From: Candidatus Melainabacteria bacterium 17Bon1m
GTDB lineage: Bacteria; Cyanobacteriota; Vampirovibrionia; Obscuribacterales; Obscuribacteraceae
DNA length: 64,000 nucleotides
Direction of reading: 5' to 3'
Assembly: GCA_032128875.1 (NCBI GenBank)
Contig: JAVLKG010000004.1
Span: forward strand, 352,001-416,000
In this document: one piece after another, positions 29,904-38,862 of the stretch
Layout of the letters: every line of letters begins with the position of its first letter
How positions within the stretch are numbered: position 1 is the first letter of the stretch
The notes under the pieces: model-generated
Database searches by the model: none
The model's input: only the letters and a program-made list of their open reading frames with translations
What the model was told of the DNA's origin: nothing
Program-made: the position numbers and the translations under genes

Positions 29904-30068
29904 TTTTTCATTAAATCCGGGCCTTTGTGTCTAGAAATTGGCTCACTCGTATAAATCCCACTATCCGAAGCAATATTAGCGTCCCAGTGCTTTCGTTCCA
30001 GGCATGCAAGCGAACTCCCTTGTGCGCTTTCGACCGATACTAACCTCTCCAATGCTAGGGGTCATACC

Positions 30069-31424
30069 ATGGCGATTGAGCAACTTTCCCGCGCGGAATC
30101 CGCGTCAGATTTTGGCCGTTTTAATAACCTGAATTTATTGGATCTCAGCGATTCGAACGAAGGGCCGACACGACACGATGTCGGTTCAAATTCTCCAGCA
30201 AAGCCGGAAGAACTTGTCCTAGATTTCTCCGTGCCTGTATTTCCTGGAGAAGAAAAGCCCGTCGCTGCGCCAGCAGAAGTTGAAAGCAAACTCCCCAACA
30301 AGTACGAGAAAACTGTTGCCGGGCAGCTTGAGGACATGAACGACGAAGCGAAGTTCACGGCTCATACCCGCGACGCGCTTCTTCGTGATGCTGATAGATT
30401 TCCGCCAGTTCGTGACGATAAAGAAAGTAGTACAACTTATACGATGGAGCTAGTCGGGTTTTCCGATCGTGAAATACCTGATGGTCAGACGATCGCCGAG
30501 CCATACAAGCGCTTAGTAAGTATCACTGTTCCTGATACTGCTGCGTCCTTGAAAGACTGCAAATTCGAGTTTCAAGACAGGGAGAAAATCTCTCAGCGTG
30601 AATTGAATGATTTGGTAGCAAGAGCGCAAAAGCGTCAAGCGCAGTTATCTGAATCTGCCGATGAGACGCATAAGTTGTCGAATCCATCAAACATCTCTTT
30701 CTTCACACACGGAATTCGTACAGCCGCTGCTAGTTCCGATCTTTATGCCTTATCTCTGCAATTAACAAATGGGCATTCTGTTGTAAATGTTGATTGGAAG
30801 TCTGTTCCGCCTTCTGAGGAAAAAGGATTCAACCTTGTACAGGCGTACCGTGACGAAAGAAGACGTGCCGCTGAGTCGTATCCCCGCTTCGAGAAATTGA
30901 TCGATGATACAATTCATGCGGTTGGAGCCGAGCGCACTGATATGATCGCATTCAGTCATGGTGCCATGTTCGATACCAGGTATTTGCAGCATCGCAAAGA
31001 TTCTGGAGCGGCTTTGTTGAATCATGTGATTTTTTCGCATCCTGACGTTCCTAATCGCATAATGCCGCAGCCTGGACAGGATGGTGCGATTGTTCCTGAA
31101 AGCCGCCTCTATTCGAGCGTTTCAAATAGAACTCATGTGATTGGGTCAACTGCCGATATGGCGATGGCTGGAGCCGCGCAAAATGATGCCGAGGCTGACG
31201 GAGTGCCTCGCTGGAAGGCTATGCTTCAACCTAATGAAGCTTACTGGCGCATTGGTAATGGCGCGCAAATCAGCCGGACATTGGTTGAAGGATGCGGTGG
31301 AACATATGTTGTGGAAACACAAAAAGGTGAGAAAAAGGACGCTATGTGCCATTTCATCAATATGGCAGGAATTGCAGAGTTGATGAACACACCACAAGTG
31401 CTGCGGATATCGCAGAAGCGATGA
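30069..31424 (+). CDS. alpha/beta-hydrolase-like protein (DUF900-like) with long N-terminal extension
   Basis: FFTHG, VNVDW, IAFSHG elbow, SHPDV. Confidence 0.6.
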   Translation: MAIEQLSRAESASDFGRFNNLNLLDLSDSNEGPTRHDVGSNSPAKPEELVLDFSVPVFPGEEKPVAAPAEVESKLPNKYEKTVAGQLEDMNDEAKFTAHTRDALLRDADRFPPVRDDKESSTTYTMELVGFSDREIPDGQTIAEPYKRLVSITVPDTAASLKDCKFEFQDREKISQRELNDLVARAQKRQAQLSESADETHKLSNPSNISFFTHGIRTAAASSDLYALSLQLTNGHSVVNVDWKSVPPSEEKGFNLVQAYRDERRRAAESYPRFEKLIDDTIHAVGAERTDMIAFSHGAMFDTRYLQHRKDSGAALLNHVIFSHPDVPNRIMPQPGQDGAIVPESRLYSSVSNRTHVIGSTADMAMAGAAQNDAEADGVPRWKAMLQPNEAYWRIGNGAQISRTLVEGCGGTYVVETQKGEKKDAMCHFINMAGIAELMNTPQVLRISQKR

Positions 31425-31490
31425 CTTCTTTTCGTCCCAACAATCGTCCGTCTTTTCATATTATTCGTGCGATTGGTACAATCTCTTGTG

Positions 31491-32177
31491 ATGGAAAGCT
31501 CTGCGAATACCAAGGTTCTCGTCGTTGAGGACAATTTAGAACTTAATGACCTCTTGTGTGACACGTTGACGTCTCACGGCTACGCTGTGACTGCGGTTTT
31601 AAATGCTGAAGACGGCTTGGATTTGCTTTCGCGCGAGGACTTTCGGCTCATCCTTTTGGATTGGGAGTTGCCGGGTAAGTCGGGACTTGATTTATGTGCG
31701 ACGGTGCGCGCCCAAGGACTTGATTCATCCATTTTATTCTTGACGGGGCGGTCTGACATCAATGATAAAGTTGCCGGATTGGATACCGGCGGTGATGATT
31801 ATCTGACGAAGCCGTTTGAGATGCGTGAAGTGTTAGCGCGCGTGCGAACTTTGCTGAGCAGACCAAATGCACTGTCGCGCACCGTGATTAGTATTGCGGG
31901 TGTGCAGTTGGACAAAGAAAACAATACCGTGTCAGTCAATGGCAAGCCTGTCAAACTAACTCCGCAGGAATACAGCATCTTGAACATACTGATGACTCAT
32001 CCGGCCCGTGTCTATTCGGCAGACGAAATTTTGGATAAGGCATGGAAAACAGATGCAGAGGGATCCAACCAGGCTGTTCGTTCGGCAATCATGCGGCTTC
32101 GCTCAAAGATTGTTTCTGATGACGACACGGAAGTGATCATTTCGGTGAAGGGAGTTGGCTATAAGTTTGGTCCGTAA
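31491..32177 (+). CDS. OmpR family response regulator
   Basis: VLVVED, LLDWELPG, DDYLTKPF, VKGVGY. Confidence 0.95.
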   Translation: MESSANTKVLVVEDNLELNDLLCDTLTSHGYAVTAVLNAEDGLDLLSREDFRLILLDWELPGKSGLDLCATVRAQGLDSSILFLTGRSDINDKVAGLDTGGDDYLTKPFEMREVLARVRTLLSRPNALSRTVISIAGVQLDKENNTVSVNGKPVKLTPQEYSILNILMTHPARVYSADEILDKAWKTDAEGSNQAVRSAIMRLRSKIVSDDDTEVIISVKGVGYKFGP

Positions 32178-33222
32178 ACTTCCATATTCTCTTGCACTCT
32201 TAGTCTTTGTTGCGCAGGCGCAGTGGCTTGTATTTCACGCACAAACTCGACCCGACGAATCGAATGCTGGAACAACAAAATCGCAAATTCGGTCAACAGA
32301 ATTGCAGCCTCGATCAACTGAATCGCAGACTCACTCTGCGGAATTGCGCGCCCAGAATAATGCGCAACACATAAAAAATACTTTGACAGTTAAGGCTGTA
32401 CCTGGCGGATTTGACTTCATTTTTGGGACTAAACTTGATTTGGGTGTTCTGCAAGTATTCAATTTGCAGGATAAACTCGTCGGGCGCCCTTTGAGTTTGA
32501 ATCGTCCACAGTCTGTGTTTGTCAAAAGTGGTTATCGAGCTACGCTGGTAATTGGCGAAGATTTGAAGAAGAATCCGAGCTTGTTGAAACTCTTTCCTGC
32601 AAATGTAGTTAGTGGACTCGATCTGAATGGTATTGAGTCACCAACCCGAACAAATGCGAGAGAAATTCTTCGTCATGCGGGGCAGTTTAAAAATCTGAGA
32701 AAACTATACCTCTGGGGGTGTGATATCACGGACAGTGATATTGACCTCATTTCGCGCTACGACAAACTTGATACGCTAGCGATTTCTTATACGAAGCTGA
32801 CCGGTAAGACAGTGTGCAATCTCTCATCGTTGCCTCGCTGGAAGTATTTGGACGCAAAGCGAATAGACGACATTGGCTTAGTGATTGATAAATTGCCTCA
32901 GGCAAAAAGCATCGCCGACCTGCGTGTCTCCAGTAAAGAACTCACAGAGAAAAACTTTGAAAGCATTTCGAAGCTGTCTAACATTCAGTTCTTGGAAATC
33001 AGCAAAGCTCCAATGAGTGAGAGCACCGTAAAACTTCTTGCCAAGCTCAATAAGCTGCGATATCTAGTGATTCGCTACTGTCATTTTGATGGCAAAAGTA
33101 TTGAAGGGCTCGCAAAACTGAAAGCTTTGAAAGTACTTTTTATCAGCAGGGATATGGTCTATAGTTATCCATTCCTTGGCCGTAGTCATGGGAAAAGCAG
33201 AAGCTGGACGTTGAGCTTTTAG
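32155..33222 (+). CDS. exported leucine-rich-repeat protein
   Basis: LRKLYL..CDITD, LDTLAISYTKLT, LRYLVI repeats; hydrophobic N-terminus. Confidence 0.75.
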   Translation: MAISLVRKLPYSLALLVFVAQAQWLVFHAQTRPDESNAGTTKSQIRSTELQPRSTESQTHSAELRAQNNAQHIKNTLTVKAVPGGFDFIFGTKLDLGVLQVFNLQDKLVGRPLSLNRPQSVFVKSGYRATLVIGEDLKKNPSLLKLFPANVVSGLDLNGIESPTRTNAREILRHAGQFKNLRKLYLWGCDITDSDIDLISRYDKLDTLAISYTKLTGKTVCNLSSLPRWKYLDAKRIDDIGLVIDKLPQAKSIADLRVSSKELTEKNFESISKLSNIQFLEISKAPMSESTVKLLAKLNKLRYLVIRYCHFDGKSIEGLAKLKALKVLFISRDMVYSYPFLGRSHGKSRSWTLSF

Positions 33223-33227
33223 GAGTC

Positions 33228-35096
33228 ATGGCCCTTAGTTCGAAATTCAAATTGACTTTGATGCATAAGCTGGGGCTTTTGGTCTCGATTCCGCTTGTCG
33301 TCAATTTCATTTTGTATATGGATATGCAAAAGCGAATTAACTCGCTTGAGTTGTTGATTGATCAGCTCGCAGAGCGTCGTGACATGATGGTGCGCGCCAA
33401 CAACATCATTACAAATCAATATTTCGCAATTCAGTCATTGATGCAATTTAAGATGTTCGGCATTCAAAAGGAACGTCAGAACTGTTTGCGATTCATCAAA
33501 GCGATGGATGCAAATGTTCAGCCTTTGAGCGAAATGTTGACCAGTTCGTTGGGGAATCCGCAACTTGCCAAACGCCTATTGGCTTATCACGAGCAATGGC
33601 AAATTGCGTTGAAAGAATCACAGTTTGCAATGGATGAACAAAACCAAATCGCATCTTTCTTTGATGATCTCGAACGCAATCAACGATTGAAGCGCACAAT
33701 GATTGGTTACCTAAACACGCTCTACGATGTTTCTAGTGAAGCCCGAACTGCTGTCGAAAAGAGCACCGCCGAAGAAGGGCGTTCGAAAGAGCAATTGCAA
33801 AATCTGTACAGACTGGGTTTGATCATAAACAGCCTGTCTGTGCTTGCGCTGGCGCTTATCATCGGTTATTTCATGGTTCGCAAAGTTCAAATCTTGGGAG
33901 AGAATTTCGAGCGTTTTGCAAATGATAAACCTCTTTTGCCACCATTGCGGGCACAGGATGAATTGACAGAGCTTGATAAACGCTTTCGTCAAATGGCAAA
34001 TAGCATCGAGAATTTCAAGTCAATGCAGTCCGAAATGCTTCAAACTATTGCCTCATCCCGTGACGAACTCCAAACTGTTATTGATACTCTGCCGTCTGCT
34101 TTGTTCATTACTGATGAAAGCGGCAAGGTAGAGTCTATCAATAAGTTTGCAGAGCAACTCTTGGGCATCGACCTGGACTACTTTGATGAAGCTGGCTTGG
34201 TGAAAGCATTCAAGATAAAGAAAGAAATGAAAGCCAATTTTATGCAGATGCTCTTGCGTGATGCTGCCGAAAGTCCTATTGAGATGGAGGCATTAACCTC
34301 CGATCGAGAGATTGTTCCCGTCCGGGTTTCAATCACACCCTTTCATTTTGAATCGAGTGGACAGAAAAAGTATTTGACTGCAGTAGTTGATGAGACTGAA
34401 GCGTTCAAACTGCGTCAAGCGAAGTCCGACTTCTTTTCTATGATCAGTCATGACATGCGCACGCCCCTCACGACCATCAATGGTTTATTGCAAATGGCGC
34501 TGGTTGACGCTTTCGGCGAAATTCCCGAGTTGGCAAAGTCTAAGTTTCGACTCTCGCTTAGCAGTTCTTCTCTATTGCTGGATCTGATCAATCGATTGTT
34601 GCGCGTTGAAAAGCTTGGAGGGGGAAATATAGAGCTCTATCTTGAAAGCGCTGACATTGCAGATATCGTGCATGAAGTTGAGAAGGTTGTTTTACCTCAA
34701 CTGGAAGCTCGCCAATTAAGACTAACTGTCGATGCGCAGTCGTGCGTCACTAAAATGGATAAATCGTATGTTCTTGAAGTGATTATGAATTTGGTCACTA
34801 ATGCGATGAAGTACTCTCCCGATGGTGGGCAGATAAGAGTCCGCTCGACGGTAGAGGACGGAAAAGAGATTTTGATCGAAGTCGAAGACGAAGGACCTGG
34901 TGTGCCTTCTTCCAAGAGACAAGTGATTTTCGAGCGCTTCAAGCAAGCAGACAAGGATAGAGATCGCAAGATTGGTTTTGGACTCGGGTTGGCGATCTGC
35001 AAATCTATCGTGACTCAACATGGCGGCACAATAGGTGTGGCCGATGCAGACAATGGCGGCTCTCGCTTCTGGGTTCGACTACCGATTTTGACCTAG
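33228..35096 (+). CDS. sensor histidine kinase with PAS domain
   Basis: 2 TM helices, SHDMRTPL, NAMKYS, DEGPG, GLGLAI. Confidence 0.95.
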   Translation: MALSSKFKLTLMHKLGLLVSIPLVVNFILYMDMQKRINSLELLIDQLAERRDMMVRANNIITNQYFAIQSLMQFKMFGIQKERQNCLRFIKAMDANVQPLSEMLTSSLGNPQLAKRLLAYHEQWQIALKESQFAMDEQNQIASFFDDLERNQRLKRTMIGYLNTLYDVSSEARTAVEKSTAEEGRSKEQLQNLYRLGLIINSLSVLALALIIGYFMVRKVQILGENFERFANDKPLLPPLRAQDELTELDKRFRQMANSIENFKSMQSEMLQTIASSRDELQTVIDTLPSALFITDESGKVESINKFAEQLLGIDLDYFDEAGLVKAFKIKKEMKANFMQMLLRDAAESPIEMEALTSDREIVPVRVSITPFHFESSGQKKYLTAVVDETEAFKLRQAKSDFFSMISHDMRTPLTTINGLLQMALVDAFGEIPELAKSKFRLSLSSSSLLLDLINRLLRVEKLGGGNIELYLESADIADIVHEVEKVVLPQLEARQLRLTVDAQSCVTKMDKSYVLEVIMNLVTNAMKYSPDGGQIRVRSTVEDGKEILIEVEDEGPGVPSSKRQVIFERFKQADKDRDRKIGFGLGLAICKSIVTQHGGTIGVADADNGGSRFWVRLPILT

Positions 35097-35224
35097 ACTC
35101 GCTTGGTAATTGGCTCCCAAGTTGGAACGATTTTGTTATGTAGCCCAGGCATTATGCCCTTGTCCCCAGCGGACAGCCTTCATCCTCCCATCCTCATTTA
35201 ACGGGAACCAGCAACAAGCCCGGC

Positions 35225-35263
35225 CAGTCAACCCGCCTTCCATGAGGGCGGGTTGGCTGTTTT
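35225..35263 (+). terminator. intrinsic terminator
   Basis: 15-bp stem (2 G-U) followed by TTTT. Confidence 0.8.
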
Positions 35264-35413
35264 CATGCATAAAGACAACTTTCTGGGGAACCACAGCACA
35301 GAAAAGTTGCTGCCAAATATGTTGGAACAGTAATGTTATGTTGAGACTCCATTGTGTAACAGCTCCCCCTGTTACCTGACGAGGAAAAAGCCAACGCTGC
35401 CTTTCGCCCAAGC

Positions 35414-35451
35414 GATGACCATCCCAATTGCCGTGGGGTGGTCATCTGTTT
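35414..35451 (+). terminator. intrinsic terminator-like hairpin
   Basis: GATGACCATCCCA-7nt-TGGGGTGGTCATC followed by TGTTT. Confidence 0.65.
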
Positions 35452-35485
35452 GTAGACTCTTCAACCACGCGCACGAAAACGGGTG

Positions 35486-36367
35486 CTAGCCGTTCTTCAA
35501 TCTGATTGCGAGTACCGGGCTTATTACGCCGGCAAGCATGATCGCAAGGTTTATCCAAATCCAGCCTTGAGTCATCCATGCATCATCGTCGCCGTATTTT
35601 CTCACACGTTCATCAGGATCCATTCCGAAATACCCAATATCATGACCGTTGTGGGTGTACATCCAATCGTCAATTTTGTCGACGTTGGTAGAAACTTCCG
35701 AGCCTTCTTTTAGATTGGAAAGTTTTTTCGGCTCTGAGGTGAGCAGCCCTTTAATGTCACTTCCGTCGATTTTTGTGACTTTGAACCAAATGTGTTCTAC
35801 AGCACCGCTGTCTTCAAATGGGGCTTGAACAGCGAAGGTGTCTTGGGGTGCTTTATCGCGGAATGCTTGTTCGAACGTACTAAATCGATGTCTTGCGATT
35901 GCGGGGGCTTGCTCAATAATACTTTGCTTATCGACTTTGACCCCCATAAAGCTGCTGTTTGACGGATGTCCCAACATTTCTCCTTGCGCGGGACTCAGCA
36001 GTGCACCTGCAACTACGCCTACTATCATTGTTGCCAGTACTCTTTTTCCGAGTTTGTAACTTGCGAGTTTGTGCAAACCTTTACCCAACAGGCAGCCTAA
36101 GAAATAGACGAGAAGCCAGATGTAAAAGCCGCCTTGGAAAAATTGGTAAAAACATCCGAAAGCAAACCCGACACCAACTGCGCCAGCCGCTGTACGCAGC
36201 ATGATTGGCATCGGTAATTTGGTTAGATGACTGGTGAATCGACCGGAGCATTTACGGCATCGATTGCCGACAGGACATTGCTCCATGCAGGAGGGACATA
36301 TTTGCGCCTGGCAATCAATGCAACTAAGCGCGCTATCTCCGCAACTGTGGGTTTTCATCGCAATCAA
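35486..36367 (-). CDS. membrane protein with N-terminal zinc finger and DUF2314 (YegJ-like) domain
   Basis: CIDC..ICPSC..PVGNRCRKC; TM helices; EHIWF..GLLTSEP..IDDWMY. Confidence 0.78.
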   Translation of the reverse strand: MIAMKTHSCGDSALSCIDCQAQICPSCMEQCPVGNRCRKCSGRFTSHLTKLPMPIMLRTAAGAVGVGFAFGCFYQFFQGGFYIWLLVYFLGCLLGKGLHKLASYKLGKRVLATMIVGVVAGALLSPAQGEMLGHPSNSSFMGVKVDKQSIIEQAPAIARHRFSTFEQAFRDKAPQDTFAVQAPFEDSGAVEHIWFKVTKIDGSDIKGLLTSEPKKLSNLKEGSEVSTNVDKIDDWMYTHNGHDIGYFGMDPDERVRKYGDDDAWMTQGWIWINLAIMLAGVISPVLAIRLKNG

Positions 36368-36699
36368 TCCATAGTGACTGTGTCCAATTTGAGATTCCGT
36401 GTTTATGTATATTCCCGAGTTCGGAAAAAAGATGCAACTCTCAGCCTGTTAGAGTTTTCGGACTTTGAGCTGGTTGGTGTTCGAGCAGAAACCGATGCGG
36501 TGCGGGTGGAAAAGTTCAGCGCTTTAGAGTGGCGGAAAAGCGACCAAATGGGGAAACTACGAAGCATTTGCCGACGTATTGGCGCAAATTGTCACGGGAT
36601 TATAACTACCGTTTGCCTAACCTCGATTTACGCCAAGCGATTCCCCCCGATGGCGTCTCTCTGAAATTCAATAGCTTCTTCCATGTTGGAGGTTACCCC

Positions 36700-38673
36700 A
36701 TGGCTTGTGATGCATCCTCGAGTAATTTGGTGTCGAGTTTGGAAAAGTGGAACGCGGCAAAAACGGCCGGCAGCGGTGATACCACATCCATGGAAAAAGA
36801 GATCGCGCAACAACTCCAAAATGAATATTCGACGTTGTCTTCACAAGCCATGAACAGCGATCCAAATCGAATAAGCGACATGCGAGAGAAGATAAATGCG
36901 GAGTTGGCACAAAAAGAGGCGGCTTGTAATATGCCGCATATGGAACTTGTTGAAACGAATGGTGGATTGCGAGTTGTCACCGCTGGCGGCAAAGATGGTT
37001 TCAATGTCAAAATTGATGAAAATCAGGTTGAGCAAGCAACAGTTTCGTTATCATCTAAAACTTTTACAGATGGTGCTGTAGCAGGTGCTGTGAGTGCAGT
37101 TAGCTCCGCGGATAAGGCATCTACTGGTGACAAGGCAGCAAGTACTCAACCCTGTGACAAATCCGCAGCAGTGTTGGACGCAAGCCGGCCTCCGGTTGTT
37201 CACAAACCTGTAGCGAAGTATGTTCCTGGAGACAGACCAATCGCCGGAGGAGATAAGCTTTCACCGAGTGATATAGACGCGAAAATGGAACGCGATTATC
37301 ACAATAATATGGTCTACAAATTTAAAGACGGTTCTTCAGTTAAGTTCGATCAAGCTCAACCTCCAAGAGTTGCAGAACTGATGAACGCTCGTGGTGAGCG
37401 AATTTCGCTTACTTATCGAGGTGAATCAAAAGCACCAATTAGTTTTGTTATGACCGATAAAAACGGTGCGGTGATTGAGTCTGGTTTTAAAGGGACGCGT
37501 GATCGTGAATGGAATATCGACACTTCCCATTCCGGCTGGAAGGTTAAAGATGCTTTCCGGGGAGCGCGCATAACCGACATTGGTATCAGCGATGATTTGC
37601 AATTAGTTATGAAAGACAAGAATGGGAATTTTCTGGAGCACCGCAGAGATGGTGATGTTCTCAAAAGAGATTTTCGTGGACGCATAACAAGCGAAGTCAC
37701 CATAGTCGGTCGAACTACTGACTTCACCTACAGTGGCAAAGATAGCAATCCATCCTCCTATACGATTACTGATGGTGGTGGTGCGATTATTGAACATGGT
37801 GAGCGTAAGAATCACTCTTGGAACACTTTTAAGCCAAAGCAGGGGGTTACAACCCTGGATCCTGGCAGTCTGAATAATCCAGATAACTTGGTTCGTAATC
37901 CTGCGGATAAAGTTGCGTCCATACAAATGAATCATCGCACTGGAAATGCTGTCATGATGCATGCGAATGGGGACCGCACATGGCGGCCTGGTGATGACGA
38001 GAGGTTGTGGAGGAAGACCATCGGCGGTGCCGAAACGATTACGCATCCAAACGATAATGGAAAGCCAGAGATGCAACATTTTGTCAGTACCGATGGTGTG
38101 AAAACCAGATATGAGTATGACAAGAATGGTCAAGTCTTGAAAATGACACAGCACCATCCAAATGGTGAGGTAAATAAACTAAGTCGCAGAGATGTTTCGC
38201 AAGACTTCGTCGACGAGCATGGAAAGCGTCAAAAAATTGAAGCCTCGCACCTTGCTGATGGTTCTGTTCGCATAAATTATCTAGAGAGGAATTTGCAAGT
38301 CGTGCAGCGTCCAGATGGTAGCGAAGTCCATGAATTTATGGCTAAAGATGGGCGCAGGCGTGTGCACAGCACAGTTGATACGAAAGGCACTGCTACCGAA
38401 TTTGTATATAACACCACCACTGGTGAACCGATACGTTTAGAGATCACAGACGCTAAAGGAAATCACGATGTTTGGACAATCGAGTCGCCAATCAAGACTG
38501 GCATCGATAATCCGGTGTGGAAGAATCAGGATGGTACAAAGAGCTTCGAAGGCACAGTTTCGGTCGAAAAAGATGGTTCTGTGAAGTATACAGGTCGAGA
38601 TGGGCGCGTAACATTGAAAACTCTACGTGGTGTCACGCTTGATGTCACGCCCAGTCCAACTATCTTGCAGTAA
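36700..38673 (+). CDS. large hypothetical protein with YD/RHS-like beta-hairpin repeats
   Basis: GGAGG RBS; TRYEYDKNGQV, GRTTDFTY, GTATEFVY. Confidence 0.8.
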   Translation: MACDASSSNLVSSLEKWNAAKTAGSGDTTSMEKEIAQQLQNEYSTLSSQAMNSDPNRISDMREKINAELAQKEAACNMPHMELVETNGGLRVVTAGGKDGFNVKIDENQVEQATVSLSSKTFTDGAVAGAVSAVSSADKASTGDKAASTQPCDKSAAVLDASRPPVVHKPVAKYVPGDRPIAGGDKLSPSDIDAKMERDYHNNMVYKFKDGSSVKFDQAQPPRVAELMNARGERISLTYRGESKAPISFVMTDKNGAVIESGFKGTRDREWNIDTSHSGWKVKDAFRGARITDIGISDDLQLVMKDKNGNFLEHRRDGDVLKRDFRGRITSEVTIVGRTTDFTYSGKDSNPSSYTITDGGGAIIEHGERKNHSWNTFKPKQGVTTLDPGSLNNPDNLVRNPADKVASIQMNHRTGNAVMMHANGDRTWRPGDDERLWRKTIGGAETITHPNDNGKPEMQHFVSTDGVKTRYEYDKNGQVLKMTQHHPNGEVNKLSRRDVSQDFVDEHGKRQKIEASHLADGSVRINYLERNLQVVQRPDGSEVHEFMAKDGRRRVHSTVDTKGTATEFVYNTTTGEPIRLEITDAKGNHDVWTIESPIKTGIDNPVWKNQDGTKSFEGTVSVEKDGSVKYTGRDGRVTLKTLRGVTLDVTPSPTILQ

Positions 38674-38699
38674 CGCCATATCAAATGGTCGGACAATAA

Positions 38700-38849
38700 A
38701 AAGAGAAAGGGTGGATTGCGCTTTGGACAATCCACTCCTTTTGGTTCTCGTCGAAAAAGCAGCGGTGGCAAGAGACAGAGGTATGAAAAGTCCGAACGAG
38801 GGAACCACCGCTTGCGATATGCTATCGCCTCGTTCTTTCCTTTCTCTTT
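38700..38849. ncRNA. candidate structured RNA or element of unknown family
   Basis: 11-bp terminal helix, three internal arms, 8-bp loop-loop complementarity. Confidence 0.55.
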
Positions 38850-38862
38850 CCATATCAACGAA

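Noticed and set aside
38700-38849. Retron msr-msd or riboswitch interpretation
   Set aside because: No reverse transcriptase nearby, and the element lies 3' of both flanking genes
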